From Tubiluchus corallicola (lineage: Eukaryota; Animalia; Priapulida), in NCBI GenBank assembly GCA_030141605.1, contig JAQGDQ010001425.1, positions 1 through 41,720 of the forward strand: a DNA stretch of 41,720 bases. The letters are read 5' to 3'. The notes below the pieces were generated by a model. That model was given only the letters and a program-made list of their open reading frames with translations, did no database searches and was not told where the DNA came from. This document shows, in pieces, positions 39,398 to 41,720 of the stretch. The position numbers were made by a program, and so were the translations under genes. Each line of letters begins with the position of its first letter. The stretch's first letter is position 1.

Positions 39398-39804
39398 ATA
39401 CTAATCAGTTTTGGTAAACACTGTGGCAATTTGTCCACCCACCAAAACCTATCGACAGGATGAAAAATGCAGAAGGTTTTAAAAGGCTATAGCAAAACTG
39501 GTAAAAATAACGAATGTTGTATTTCTTTAAACTGCTTTTGACGACATTTGCTCTGCCTTTTGTGTCCACAAAGTGCCACATTTTCTAAAGAAGACGTTAC
39601 AATAATCTCTTCAAAAGTTGACTTGAATCGTTACAGTAAGCTACCGCGCATGCGCGAAATTAGAAGAAATGTAGACATTCCAGTTGTATACACAACTTGG
39701 CTTTATAACATAATAAAATGATGATATTATTATATTCAAGGTAAACAGCCAGAATCGGTATGGCAAAAGAACTTCCGGGAGTGCGTATTTAACACAGCCG
39801 CACG

Positions 39805-39855
39805 AAAGTCATTCGCCGACAAGCCTCAGTGTTGCTTAACTTCAGCTGGTCAGCA
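39805..39855 (-). pseudogene. 5S rRNA-derived fragment (SINE3-like relic)
   Basis: Minus strand CTGACCAGCTGAAGTTAAGCAACACTGAGGC resembles the 5S A-box region. Confidence 0.45.
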
Positions 39856-40025
39856 AACACCATCATCTATTGACTATTTTACGTTCATTTTACGTTCACC
39901 TATTTTATTGTCAAAGATTTCTTCCATTGTCGCAACCATCTAAGATGAGTTAGTGAACCAACAGAGGTGGGAATGAGAAAAACAACTGTAGACAAATGGG
40001 ACCCACGTGAAACAATTTTCACGAC

Positions 40026-40081
40026 AATAACCCATTCATTGGCTATCAAGGCTCAGCACTGCTTAACTACATTGATCAGCG
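40026..40081 (-). pseudogene. 5S rRNA-derived fragment (SINE3-like relic)
   Basis: Minus strand CTGATCAATGTAGTTAAGCAGTGCTGAGCCTTGATAGCCAATGAATGGGT parallels 5S CTGATC..GAAG(C/T)TAAGCAG....GGGCCTGGTTAGTACTTGGATGGG. Confidence 0.55.
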
Positions 40082-40292
40082 TTTTACGTGCTTTCATAGC
40101 ACTAATTGTGCGAGCAGTCTCAGTTTAACAACTCCTGCCGTCGTTTCAAGTCTTTATTAAAGGGCAAGTAAACGCAATTTTATAGTTTGTCCTAAAGAAC
40201 TTTTTACTCAAAGTTGTATTATTTAGCATTACGCTTACCTATTTGAAAGACTTATGCAACTAGAAAAAAGAATTCTTAATAATTTTCAACAT

Positions 40293-40582
<290 letters not shown>

Positions 40583-41251
40583 GACAAGTATTAAGGACTG
40601 GTCTTGAGAATAAAGCAGTTTTTCTTTCAGTTGTTCTAACTGTTATCTAAACTTATCTCAACTGACTTACCATCAAAATGGCTGCACCTAACGTTGCTGC
40701 TAAAGCAAATCCTGTGTGCAATAAGACAAAACGTTGGTGATATAAAATTTCAAGGCGATATTTTTACCTTTATATTAGTAAAAGGTTGAACGTAAAATTT
40801 TTTCAGTATTATGAAAAAACATTATTTTAATGAATCATATTAGATAGTGAAATTGGGTGATTTTTTTTCAAATTAGAACAGTCAAGATTTACGACCCCGA
40901 ATTTACAAAGTGCTTCACTGCTAATATCTAATTTAATCTGGCAGCGATTATTAACTAAATCCAGGGTTTAATTTCGACCAGGGGAAGCCACATTGTATCA
41001 AATTCCAGAGCCTCAGCAGCTGGAGCTCATCGCTGATTGGTTAATCCTGCCGTGTTAATGAAAAATGCGCTTAGTAACAGTTTTTCATGCAATTAAGCAT
41101 TCTACAAGGCGGTATGTGGCTCTCAACAGCAGGTAGGCGGGACTGGTAATTAGTTCTCGTGATCATAAATTTTAATTATGACGAGCAAATGCCTTGGCTA
41201 CACTCAGATGTGCATAAGTGTTTCCTGTATGGGAGAAAATACCCGAGAGAA

Positions 41252-41305
41252 AGTCTCCCAACCATTTACAGCCAGAAACCAGGACTGCTTAACTTCGTCG
41301 CCGAG
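41252..41305 (-). pseudogene. 5S rRNA-derived fragment (SINE3-like relic)
   Basis: Minus strand GAAGTTAAGCAG...TGGTTGGGAGAC has A-box-like and C-box-like motifs at 5S spacing. Confidence 0.5.
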
Positions 41306-41384
41306 CTAAAAGTCAAACTAAACCCTGAATATAATCTAAGCTTTTACAACTTAAAATCCTACTCTCATTACGAATATTTAATTT

Positions 41385-41720
41385 ATATTATATTATATTA
41401 TATTATATTATATTATATTATATTATATTATATTATATTATATTATATTATATTATATTATATTATATTATATTATATTATATTATATTATATTATATTA
41501 TATTATATTATATTATATTATATTATATTATATTATATTATATTATATTATATTATATTATATTATATTATATTATATTATATTATATTATATTATATTA
41601 TATTATATTATATTATATTATATTATATTATATCATATCATATCATATCATATCATATCATATCATATCATATCATATTATATTATATTATATTATATTA
41701 TATTATATTATATTATATTA
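41385..41720. repeat. (TATAT)n pentanucleotide repeat with a (TATCA)n block; runs off the window
   Basis: Directly visible. Confidence 0.97.

Overview
AT-rich animal (probably invertebrate) genomic DNA. Most of it is microsatellites, at least eight minisatellite/satellite arrays, non-autonomous DNA transposons (Kolobok/T2-like, piggyBac-like, Tc1/pogo-like, hAT-like) and 5'-truncated LINE relics (CR1/L2-type and RTE-type). Two host genes are visible. The first is a probable terminal coding exon of an unidentified plus-strand gene (420-1067). The second is a small spliced minus-strand gene encoding a corazonin/GnRH-superfamily neuropeptide precursor: exon 21066-21248 encodes a signal peptide followed by QTFHYSRNDWKS-G-KR, and a probable next exon lies at 19089-19196. 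The predicted mature peptide pQTFHYSRNDWKS-amide is an atypical 12-mer. Other notable structures are a 92-bp minisatellite amplified from inside an RTE-type ORF2, a 113-bp satellite forming one arm of a head-to-head inverted structure, and inverted MITE copies bracketing the neuropeptide exons. No prokaryotic features or CRISPR arrays. All coordinates were read by eye, so repeat boundaries are approximate.
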